A DNA stretch of 64,000 bases. Origin: Lytechinus pictus. Lineage: Eukaryota. The notes under the pieces were generated by a model. That model ran no database searches. It was not told where the DNA came from and was given only the letters and a program-made list of their open reading frames with translations. Shown here piece by piece: positions 41,283 through 52,157 of this stretch. The translations under genes were made by a program, and so were the position numbers. Location of the stretch: positions 1,488,001 through 1,552,000 of the forward strand of contig NC_087251.1 of NCBI RefSeq assembly GCF_037042905.1, given 5' to 3'. Numbering within the stretch: the first letter of the stretch is position 1; each line of letters opens with the position of its first letter.

Positions 41283-42627
41283 TAATTATCATAAAGGATC
41301 ATGTACGAGGTGGTAAAAAAGAAAAAAAAAATGAAAAAAAAATCATCTTGTTTACCCCAGGACTCGAACCTGCGCCCCCGAGAACGCAAGTCAAGTGCGT
41401 TATCCATTGAGCCACGACATTCCCCATAGAGATTACACGTAAGCAAATTTGAGAATTGCAAATCCAATTTTGCAAGCGAAAAACGGGCATGATCCCGGCA
41501 TCTGATCAAAAAATGGAGGGCACATTGCCGAAAGCTTAGAATCTCAGCTACAACATTCTAAAAGCTCAGAGACAACTGACAAGAGAAAGTGGAGATATAG
41601 CTCACGAAATAGAGGGATGTAGAATCTAGTTTTGAGAAAAAGTCATGTCCCATAGAGATTACACGCAAAATGAGGAAAAATGACATGCCTCTTTTGATCG
41701 CTATTTTACGCCATGATGCATTTTTCAAAATGAAAATTCATGTTTATTACGGAGAATGAGTACATTCTAAACTTACAACATATCGAAAATTGGGCGAAAA
41801 TTGACCAATATTCACGGAGTTAAAGCCTAATTTGCATAATTATTATGACGTCATAACAAGGAAAATGGATATTTTAACTTCCGACGCCATTATGATGACG
41901 TCATGATCAAATTGAGGGACAATGGTGACATGAAATCAAATCTACAACTCATACTCTATCGATATATGAAAAAAAATGGGGGTCAACGCACTATTTAAAG
42001 AGCTACAGTGAATTTTCAATAGGCATGTTTTTGCCCATATATGGCCTATAGTAAGAGCTAGCGCACACACGTGCTGCAAACTTTAACGGGTGTTAATTTC
42101 GTTATTAATGGTCGTAGAAGGTTGATGAATGTATCAAATTGCTCAGAATTATATTATCAATGCAATGATATAAAAAAAAAAACGGCGTTTCTGCGTTGCG
42201 TTGAAGGCGTTACGCGCGGAAACGCGCGCGCATACGTGTGCGTGCGCAAATTTTTGAAATGCTTAAAATGACCTGAAACGTACTCTACTTTGGTCAAAAA
42301 GTGATTTTGAGCAATTTGAAATTTTAACGAGCGCGTACGCGCGCGTCGTAACCACCAGGTGACTTTTGATGACATGAACTGTTGACCCTTGACCTGAAGT
42401 TAATGTGATGTAAATATGATTATTTTTTGATAATTGATAATGGAGATATGATTGATAATGTGATTTCACAAAATGGCGCCTGGATGACGTCACGATGACC
42501 TGATGACCTTGAAAATGTTATTTTCACGTCTTATGATAATGACCTTTGACTGTGCCAAAATTGAAAGAAATTGACAAAACCGATCTGGAGTTATCCTAGG
42601 AACAAAAAATTGGCGGAAATAAAAATA

Positions 42628-42669
<42 letters not shown>

Positions 42670-42726
42670 GAAGAAAGAAAATTCTGACAAAACTAATAGG
42701 TGATCTGTCGTTGACAGACCACCTAA
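41283..42726 (-). mobile_element. Helentron/DINE-1-like non-autonomous element (HINE)
   Basis: One end has the hairpin TAGGTGATCTGTC-GTT-GACAGACCACCTA (42697-42725) next to an (AAT)n microsatellite (~42627-42667); a matching subterminal AGGTGGT at ~41308; T/A-rich flanks, no TSD; CpG-rich interior. Confidence 0.65.
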
Positions 42727-42739
42727 AAAGTGCACTTAC

Positions 42740-42915
42740 ATAGTATCTTTACTACTGAGCTAGACGGTAAAGGCAATGTATATCCGACTTGGCTACCGGC
42801 GTGTATACAATTTTCTCAAACATCGAATCGGTCGTTAGTAGCAGATATTTACTGACCGAAATTAAGCAAATATTAGATAGATAATAATATGACCTGACAT
42901 AGAAAAGGTCACAAA
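42740..42915 (-). promoter_or_regulatory. Putative non-coding first exon and promoter of paralog B
   Basis: Donor GTAAGT at 42739-42734; acceptor 5 nt before the ATG (exon starts 39631). 42826-42915 resembles 37622-37710 upstream of copy A. Confidence 0.45.
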
Positions 42916-44249
42916 TTGAAATTCTCTCTCGCATCACCCCTTTGCGTTTCTCTCTCTTTATTTCTCTCGCTCTTGTTCTCACTTTTACCCGGAAGCGAGA
43001 GTGAAGCAAGACGACCCAAAGGTGACGTATTTTTTAAATCTAGAACGGCTCAATATGCTTTGATATCCTTCTTTCTTTATTCTTCCTTATTTTTGTCTTC
43101 TTTCCTGTCGTCCATTACTACTTGAAAAAACCAAGGTGACCTGGCCCCTGGCCCCTGTCCCCTCTAGCACCGCCTTGTCACACTATATTAATTGAACATC
43201 AATGGCATGTTGAAATTGGTCACCCAGTTATGAGATAATGATCACGTGTTAGATGAAATAACACATTTTTTCACATGGACACACTCTCACACAAACCTCC
43301 ACTCACACATACAAAATAGACTATGCGCCTTTTCACTCAAAACCAACCAGTTTTATTTATGATGATTGTACCGTAAACTTGACAGAATGAGAATAACAAG
43401 CTAAAACATTTCTGAGTGAATTGTGTCATGATTTGTATTTTTTCATGATAGGAAGATTGAAATGATGCCATATTTATAACCGAAACAAATGTTTACAAGG
43501 ACCGGAAGGCCAAATGAAATAAAGTCTTTATAGGATTCCAGTGATAAGGATTGATCAAATTATGAAAGCAGTGTCACCGTGATATATACAAAATATATAA
43601 ACATGATTATATTTAACCTATGGTCTTATAGATGCCTATCGACTGTCCACAAAGACGGGGGCAATGCCGGGGCAATGGATTTAAATTATTTACCTTAAAA
43701 TATTTTCTTTACATAATGAGTTTACACATCTTCTATCAAAACAAATCTTCTTCAATCCTGATTTAATTCTTAACTTCATCACAATCTGTTAAAAAATATT
43801 TACATTAATCTTAATTGCAGAACTAAAACCACGCAAACTAAAAATGGGACTTCAACAAGAAAAAAAAACCTCTTTGCAAAAGAAAAGAATAGAGAGAAAG
43901 AGATAAGGTAGACCAAATAAATCAGACAAGCTATTGCATGTGAAAGTTATTATTTAGGATTGTATAAAAGTTGTTAGCACTTCAAACATTGGAAATTTTG
44001 ATTGATGGTATTATCATTGTGTTTTTTGATTGGCAAAAATTCTTTTATTTTTCTCTAATAAACTATTTGACGAAAGGACGATATATCATCCTTGTTATAT
44101 TTGATTACCACCCAGAGGTAAATGTGTTTATGAAAAAGGGAATTAATTATCATGATGAGGATTAAACAGGCCTAGACAACAAACATGAGAGATAACTAAC
44201 CATCAATCTAATATGTAGAAAACATTACAATAAACTTTCAAGCAAAACC

Positions 44250-44590
44250 AAGGGGCGGCGGAGCGAAGTTGAAAGTGCGGGGGCACAGGGGAAAAGGGCA
44301 CATTTTCTTTCAAAAAGGGCACTATTTTAACACAAAGAAAATATGACTAATCTACAATGGTGTAATGAGCCAAACATTTTGAGGGGGCTAGATATGTCGA
44401 ATCACGTAAAATTTATAAGCTGCGTGCGAGCGAGCAAAACTGTTGGCATTTTTATAATGAAAATTGAATTTTGTGATAGATTTTGACATAATATTCAGAA
44501 AATAATATCACATTTTACCATTCTCTCTTTCCTTTTGTCTTTTTTTCTTGGTTGTGATTTTATTTTTTATTTTATTTATTTATTTATTTT

Positions 44591-44621
<31 letters not shown>

Positions 44622-45185
44622 TTTTTTTTTTTTTTTTGGGGGGGGGGGGCAAGAGCCCCTGTCTTTACGCCACTTCTTATTTACTACACTCACATGATTC
44701 AGGAAATTTATGGCAGGCAGGATTATTCTTACAAGTTTTTTTCCTTCATAAGTATAGTCACACAACAATGAGAACATTGTTTTCTTGTTTCAAAGGGGAA
44801 CTTGTAAACACATAAAACAGGTCCTTTTCAGGGGAAAGGGGCACAGAACATGTTCGAGAGGGGCACTTTTCCTGGGTAAAAGGGGGCACTGATACGAGAA
44901 AGGGTACCTATAAGAAGGCAAAGGGGCACTTGCTAACTGCATAAAACGGATTCTTCTCAGGTGAAAGGGCATAGAACACGTTCGTGAGGGGCATTTTTGG
45001 TAAAAATTGGCAGTGATACGAGAAATGGCACTTGCAAACACATAAAACGAGTCCTCTTCTGACAAAAGGGGCACAGTACATGTTCGTGAGGGGGCAATTT
45101 TCTCGCGTAAAAGGACACCTTTTCAGCGCCCCAAAAAGGGGGGGGGGAATGTGTTCCCCCACGCCCCACAGGATCGCCGCCCCTG
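44250..45185. mobile_element. hAT-like composite MITE in the 3' UTR of paralog C
   Basis: (A/C)AGGGGCGGCG termini; 8-bp TSD GCAAAACC at 44242-44249 and 45186-45193; internal AGGGGCAC repeats. Confidence 0.75.
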
Positions 45186-45230
45186 GCAAAACCAATACTT
45201 TTATAGATAATTGCTTGGTTCCTGATTATG

Positions 45231-47871
45231 TTATACTTTGATGCGTAATTTATGCAGTCTTTCATACGCAGGCATGGCATAATCAGCGCACTCTTTTACA
45301 TCCGATGAATATTCAGTCTCTGTCTTTTTCACTCCATTCCCGAACCCCGTACTAGTGAAAGCTCCTGAGAGGGTCAGACCAGTGCTATAGTTATTTAGGG
45401 AAATAACTCCTACATCTATAAACTCCCAATTCAGAATTGCAGGGTCCTTAATACTCTCCCATTTTAACATGTTTGATGTATACGAGATTCCAACCATCTC
45501 GCAGTACTTTGAAATAATCCCTTCAGGATTTTCTTGAAGATCATCTGCATCTATGATCGGAGGCACTGATTGGCCGAAAACGTTGATCACGTGGTCATAA
45601 AACTTGTTCAGTTCCTGGTAGATGTTCTTAAAGGCGCTCTTGAAGTCGATTGGAAGCACACCTTGACTGAGTTTCTCAAAGGACCTGTACATCTTGAGAG
45701 GATGTCGGATGAGAAAGGTATGCTGGTAATCAGGTCGTACTACGTCAAAGTTATCAATGATTGCCTCAATCATACACTTGGCGAAGAGAACTTGTGAATT
45801 AGGATGAGGTTCTCCCATGAGCTCATTTACATAATTGAAGGTGTATTTCTCATTCATAACACCTGAAATAGGAAAAAATAAATTATTATGGACCACGACG
45901 AGCGAGTGAACGAATGTTTACTTTAATGTACAAGGTTCTATAAAGAAGGTTTTTATAAACCTAAGTTCAGTGATTGACCCAATTATCTAAGCTATGAAAA
46001 GCCAGCGACATCATCTATAACAATACATTTACCTTTGAATTGTGATCTGGGCAGGACTTAATCAATAATTTTATTTCAAAATTTTCCGTCTGACAAGACG
46101 AGTTGACATATTTGACAACTTTCCTTGATTTTGATTGGCCGAGAACTTACAGTGGCAACTATCGGATAACACATGACTTGTCAGATAAAACGTCTGATAA
46201 GTCATTTAATAAAATATTCCCCTGTAGACTGTTCTTTAGTGGAGTCGATCCTGGGGGCGATCGCCCCACCAATGAAAATATTGGGGTGGCAAGCATATGG
46301 TTTTGCCCCCCTCCAATAATTCCGTAAGTGCAAAAATTGTACTGTTACACACACTGTCAGAAAATGTATCCTTAAAATAAAAGAAGTTCCTGCAGCAGAG
46401 TCTCGACAACACCTGTAATTTTACCAGATTGCGTAATCTTACAGGAAACTGGTATTTGGTGTATGGAACCTTACAAATGTTCTTTAATAAAACACCCTTC
46501 TTCCCTTTTTAAACAGACCTTTTCTGTTAAATTGCAGAAAAAAATTCATGTTTTATGAATGTACAGAATGATTCTGATCTTGCTTTCTGCAAATTCTTTT
46601 TTTCTGTAAAATCAGGGTTTTGTTAACAGTGCAGAAATCAGCAAATTAACCAAACAGAATATAAAATTTATTTTTTACATCTACAGTACAGTACAAAATC
46701 TATCATTGCTACTTTTATTAGGGTAGGCCCTACATTTACGCAGGAATCTCATCATATAGCCATAAAATTCTTTTCTGCCAATGAATAAACAAGAAAATGG
46801 CAAACCCCTTTTCCCATAGGCGGATCCAGGTGAGTTATGTATATCTCTAAATTAATTCTAATAAACTACTTAAAAAACCTTTCCATGACAGTTGATTAAA
46901 AAATTTCGGCTCGAGATTTGCGCTCGCATCGATTGTATAAAATATTTTAACCCATGCATCCTATTCATAGTTATAAAAGTACTTAAGATGTCCAGTTTCA
47001 GGCCTAAATATCAACAAATTTCGCGCTCTCAATTAGGCTTATTAGATTAATGAATAAGATAATGATATATCCACGAATTCCTAATAATCGAATAGTCGAC
47101 AAGTTTCTTATCGAGCTTAGGAAGAGGAATAGGAAGATAGTCATCATTTTCATATATGATGACATTTTGTCTTTAAAATATCCAGGTCCTAAATCAAAAT
47201 AACACTAATAATATATCAGCTCGCGCCTCGCATCATTTATTCATTGTAATCCATATCCACTTCACAATTTTCCTACACAATGCTTGAAATAGTGCATAAA
47301 TTGGACCTTCTTCGGATCGGAATAAAAAAAATTAAGCTCGCGCTTCGCGGTCGCATTATTGACTTTCATAATAAAAGAAATGTATTTAGAATGCCCAGAA
47401 TCCAGGTCGCATTATTAATGTAAGAAGATACCCAATTACCCATCCTTTTCATGATTTCCAAAACATTAATAGTGTCCCATTTTTAGGTCTGTCATTTTTC
47501 CCGCTCGCATCAATTATTTAGTTATATATCTTTCTTGTTCACGATTACAAAAAGTGCCTAGAAATTCCAGTTCTTAGGTTGATTTATGACTCATGATTTT
47601 GCCCCCCTAATCTGAAAAATGAATCGACCCCTGCTGTTCTTCAAAAAGCGGAAAAGGAGGGGAGCATAGGGTGTACTTTTAATGAGATGATAGATTTACC
47701 AGGTATATCTTCTGCCCAGCGAAGTGTCCTGTTAGGACCGTAGGTACAACAGTTTAGATAGGGCTCCCAGAAAACCTTGCTATCTCCTCGGGACGACATC
47801 GAACGCGCGAACGCAGTCGATAATGATCTCGGTGGACTCCAGATCATTATACGTGCCTGATTAGACGTCAT
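45231..47871 (-). CDS. Sulfotransferase-like protein (Sulfotransfer_5 / branched-chain aminotransferase-like protein N-terminal P-loop family), paralog C, intact, 267 aa
   Basis: Exons 47700-47871 (MTSNQARIMIWSPPRSLSTAFARSMSSRGDSKVFWEPY...) and 45231-45862, joined by a phase-1 GT-AG intron. Family motifs WS.PRS.STA..RS, EP[FY], HTFLIRHP, P.IDADDL, ML.W and STGF are present. Confidence 0.88.
46237..47633. mobile_element. hAT-like non-autonomous element in the coding intron of paralog C
   Basis: 8-bp TSD CTGTTCTT at 46229-46236 and 47634-47641; degenerate TIRs TAGTGGAGTCGATCC / CAGGGGTCGATTC; internal GCTCGC repeats. Confidence 0.8.
46352..46631. mobile_element. CACTG...CAGTG MITE (CMC/EnSpm-like) nested in the hAT-like element
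   Basis: CACTGT / ACAGTG termini with 2-bp TSD CA. Confidence 0.7.
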
Positions 47872-48330
47872 TTTGAACTGCAATGAAAACATTATTTCTG
47901 TGTTACTGACATTAAGTTCAATTATTTCGCTACAAAATTCACCAGAAAATAACCTTAATCAAGTGACTTATTAATTTATTGGTTCTATCTCTCTCTTATG
48001 GCAATTCGTGGAAAGAAAAAAAAAACCTTGGCCAGAGGAGAATTCTTTCTGGAATCTGTGTAAACTTTCAAACTCTCTTCCTAAGGTCAAGTTAATTTCC
48101 TTTAAAAATCTGTTCTATATAATGAACGTAATTTTCAATAATCGATATACTCGTTACCTTTTTTATAACTATGGAAAACAAAATCGTATGTTCATTGTAT
48201 TTTGCGTACAATGAATCTCTTTTTATTTTTTTTAATCATTTCATCAAAACTATGTACGAGGAAGATTTGTCCCTTGTAAAAATCAGAAATGTTTTTAATC
48301 ACCATAACAACACACACCCAAGGCGCTTAC

Positions 48331-48475
48331 CTGCAAGCTCTAAAGTTTGAAAAAAAATCCCTATGGATGTCCTATAATAGTCCTATAACCCAATGCGGAA
48401 GGAGAACTGTTCTTTAAAGTTGATTTGATACAGCCACCACGGTGGTGAAGGGTGAAGGCCAAGCTTTTGATTGGT
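48331..48475 (-). promoter_or_regulatory. Putative non-coding first exon and CCAAT box of paralog C
   Basis: Donor CAG|GTAAGC at 48331/48330; an acceptor TTGCAG sits 6 nt before the ATG (exon starts 47877); GATTGG (CCAAT on minus) at ~48470. Confidence 0.5.
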
Positions 48476-50477
48476 GTCTAGTAGGATTAATGGGTATAAT
48501 TCATGCTTGAAAACAGCTAGTTAATGAAACACAGATCACGTTATGCCAATCCATAAAAGATATGAATGAATGCAATTGATAAGGTCCACTACACTTTTTA
48601 AATAAATCTTTATGACAAGCTGTGATAAAAAAATATATAGTTGAACAGGAATGCACAGTTCATTGCATCTATATTTGCCATACAAAATTACACACTGCAG
48701 TGGGCAATGGATGATACTGAGCACAGTATATTGTAACTCAGTGGAAATTTGGCGGGTTAAGCAAATGTAGATAGGCAATATACATGTACATGTAATAGAG
48801 AGTTGTATATATATAGAAATAAAAGTTAGTAATTCCGTAGATTGATATTACAAAATGACCTTCATTGTACATTTTTTTCAGTGGATTTTAGTTTGCATCT
48901 TATTCAGAAAATAAGATCACATTGCAGCCATTTTCCTTTCTTTTTCTTGGCCATAAAAAATGGGGGGGGGGGTTCCATGGCCCATCCCTCACAGAAATTT
49001 TCAAGCTTGCCACAAGGTTGCGGTATGCTAGTAACTAGCATGCGGCTAGCTTAATGCAGTCAGAGTGATAGTTAAGCGCATTTGGCAGTGATATGCGCAT
49101 GTTGGTATTATTATTATTCAACTCTAAATAATAAAATCCTCATTCACAACTAGTAATGAGTTCAGACATAAAATTTTAATCTCTATGAATGAATACTATA
49201 TTAAACAATCAATATATACATTGTAAAGTTGAAATATATATATTTACATATTAAGTTAGAATAGAACATTTATAGCAATAAGTTATGCTGCAAAGAAATA
49301 CCATGGAATATATTCATGTGAAAAATATTCAGAAAGTACTCTTTCAATATGAACAGAGGCAGGGAGAAAAAAAAATCAAGTCATAACTGATTTGAATATT
49401 TTCTATTTGAATACCAAAGTCTTCACAAACTACTCAAAATGATGATGTACAATTCATGAGCAAAGCAAGACTTCCAAAAAATAAAAATTCATTAGTACAT
49501 AACAACATTGCAATAAAATTTCAAGGTGAAATATCTCCATCACAACTTCAAAGCACAATTCTCCAATATCTTTGCATATTAGAACCAAATTCATTATCAA
49601 TTCCATAGGGTCACAGTGGAAATTAATGTATGAAAAAAAAAATAGGCCTTGTAAACTAAAAGATACAATTAATTGCAAAATCAAACTCAATTTCAAGCCT
49701 ATAACAATCCTTGTTTACAAATTGAATTATGAATATCAATTAAATATGTCTCCATGTTAAAACCATGGGACAAGGTTTAATAAACCTGTCCAAAAGTTAG
49801 GCATGATATTAAGCCAAATACCTCATTTTTTCCAATCTACTGGGAGTGAATTTGCAACAATATAATTTTGACCAATAATAAAATTTGAATTCAATTATAA
49901 AAAAAAAAATCAATCTGAAATTACCAGAATTTAGCTGAATAGGAATAAAATGACTAAGAATCTGATTTATCACCCCAAACAGGTAACCAGTCATTATGCA
50001 CACTGGCACTAATCACTTCATGAATGTATTCATTTAACAATGATTATCTACTCATTCCCAGACAAGGCAAAGGTATCATATAATGCATTTAAAGAATGGA
50101 CGGATAAATATAACCTGTAAATGCTTCTCCAAGTTTAAAGTTGAAGCAAACAGACAAAAGTTGCTTGAAAAGACATACATCAAGATATTTTGTTTTTAAT
50201 GTGCCACTGTCCACAACCAAAGACAAACAATCATGCATGGATGAAGACAGAATATATGTCTGTTAAACAGTGACATTTTTTTCATTCCCACTCCTGAAAG
50301 CAGGTTTTACCCATGCTTATTAAGACACCAAAATTAAGCATTTAACATTGTCAAACAGAAACTCTGTAAAGAATTTTGTACTTTTGTATACATACCATTG
50401 ACCAGGGTAATAATACATGTATCTAATAAAGCCTGAAGAGACATTGAAAAATGCATTAAAAAATTAGTAATTACTAT

Positions 50478-50779
50478 GGCCCGTATTCTGATAGCAGGTT
50501 TAGCTTAAACCCAGGTTTAAAGTTGTGGTTTAAGTATGGACAGCCAATTGTTACATAAATCACTAACAGTAGAGATATCATACTTGAGCTCATTTGGCTC
50601 TCAAATCATTCATAATTGTCTAGGAAGTATAAATAGATGATTGTCTTCACCATCGATGAATCAGGAAAGAGCAAAGTAAACATAAGAAACATAGAACTTA
50701 ATAAAAATTTTGATACTTTTGGCTTCCCATACTTTAATCACAACTTTAAAACTGAGTTTAAGTTAAACCTGCTATCAGA
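50478..50779. mobile_element. Harbinger-like MITE, right tip lost
   Basis: GGCCCGTATTCTGATAGCAGGTTTAGCTTAAAC mirrored by GTTTAAGTTAAACCTGCTATCAGA. Confidence 0.7.
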
Positions 50780-51600
50780 TGTCTTTAAAAAAATCATTCT
50801 ATCTATAAAACATAGTTAGCGACACACTGAAGAAAAAAACATTTTCATCACACCAAGATTTCACTGATATCTTAAATTCATTGCGGAAGTTTTACCTAGG
50901 TTCAGAAGAATGTGATCATTAGCAATCTATCGGGATCAGACAAACACTGAGGACTGGTCAACCATTGTGCATAAAACAATTTGACAATTGATGTAATGTA
51001 TCTAATCCAGCTAGATCTAGCACTTGTCATGATGATACCAAAGGCACTAGATAATTAACTTGGTTTCCAACCACAGACTATCTTGATACACAGACCCTGA
51101 TTGAATATTCAGTAAACATACCTCACATGATTTCTCAATGTCCATATTTCAGATAGTTGGACATTCTTCAAAATATGATAAAGCACAAAAGATATGATAC
51201 AATCTGGTCTGGCAAGGCTTTTAAACAAATGATAAATTCTACTTTCTTTATTTCAATGCCAATTCTACCAATATAAATTGAACCTTCCTGAAACCATTTG
51301 TTTTTATTTTTATTTTTATGCAAGGTTATAATGCTCTCCAAAGATTATGACTTGGGTAGCTCATGAAATATTGTAAGAATAGAGGAACATGGGATTAGAT
51401 GTAATAAACAGATGATTATTTTATGTCATTGCCCTCAAACAGCCATAAGGGATTGGATCTTTTTTGGTTCACTGTCATCATTTTTTTGACTGTCACTCAT
51501 TTGTCATTGATATACTGGGTGTGCAAAGAAGGACAAAACCCAACTTTTACAAGAATATCATTTTCTGCCTTTTTCTATTATCAGGCTCTGGCATTCTATC

Positions 51601-52055
51601 TTAACCATTTAACTACTGGAACAGTATGGTCCATATACAAGCCTATGGGATTCACGGAAAATCAGTAGTCAACCGGTTAACCTATGGTCTACTGGAACAG
51701 AATGGTCCATATACAAGCCTAAGTGATTCACAGAAAATCAGTAGTCAACAGGTTAACCTATGGTCTACTGGAACAGAATGGTCCATATACAAGCCTAAGT
51801 GATTCACAGAAAATCAGTAGTCAACAGGTTAACCCATGGTCTACTAGTACAGAATGGTCCATATACAAGCCTATGGGTTTCACAGAAAATCAGTAGTCAA
51901 CAGGTTAACCTATGGTCTACTGGAACAGAATGGTCCATATCCAAGCCTAAGTGATTCATAGAAAATCAGTAGTCAACAGGTTAACCCATGGTCTACTAGA
52001 ACAGAATGGTCCATATACAAGCCTATGGGAATGACAGAACTCAGTAGTCAAAGGG
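51601..52055. repeat. Tandem array of six ~76-bp units delimited by TTAA (BBS1 3' UTR)
   Basis: TTAA at 51601, 51677, 51753, 51829, 51905, 51981; unit CCTATGGTCTACTGGAACAGAATGGTCCATATACAAGCCT...AAATCAGTAGTCAACAGG. Confidence 0.95.
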
Positions 52056-52070
52056 CTCATTCCGGGAGCT

Positions 52071-52157
52071 TCAAACAACAACCATGGTCTCACTGACTGG
52101 CATGTTGATAACTGCTGTGATGATAGGTGTACTTCTGCCTTCTTTAACAACAAATAC
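52071..52157 (-). CDS. BBS1: BBS1 last coding exon ([28 protein letters not shown])
   Basis: 87 nt including TGA at 52071-52073. Confidence 0.93.
   Translation of the reverse strand, partial: VFVVKEGRSTPIITAVINMPVSETMVVV

Noticed and set aside
41352..41420. Functional tRNA gene
   Set aside because: Acceptor and anticodon stems do not pair, and it lies inside a repeat element.
34641..47871. Calling the trio branched-chain amino-acid aminotransferases
   Set aside because: Only the P-loop sulfotransferase-like domain is encoded; no PLP-dependent class IV aminotransferase domain is present.
51601..52055. 76-bp repeats as a CRISPR or tRNA array
   Set aside because: Units are near-identical along their whole length with no spacers, and have no A/B boxes or cloverleaf.
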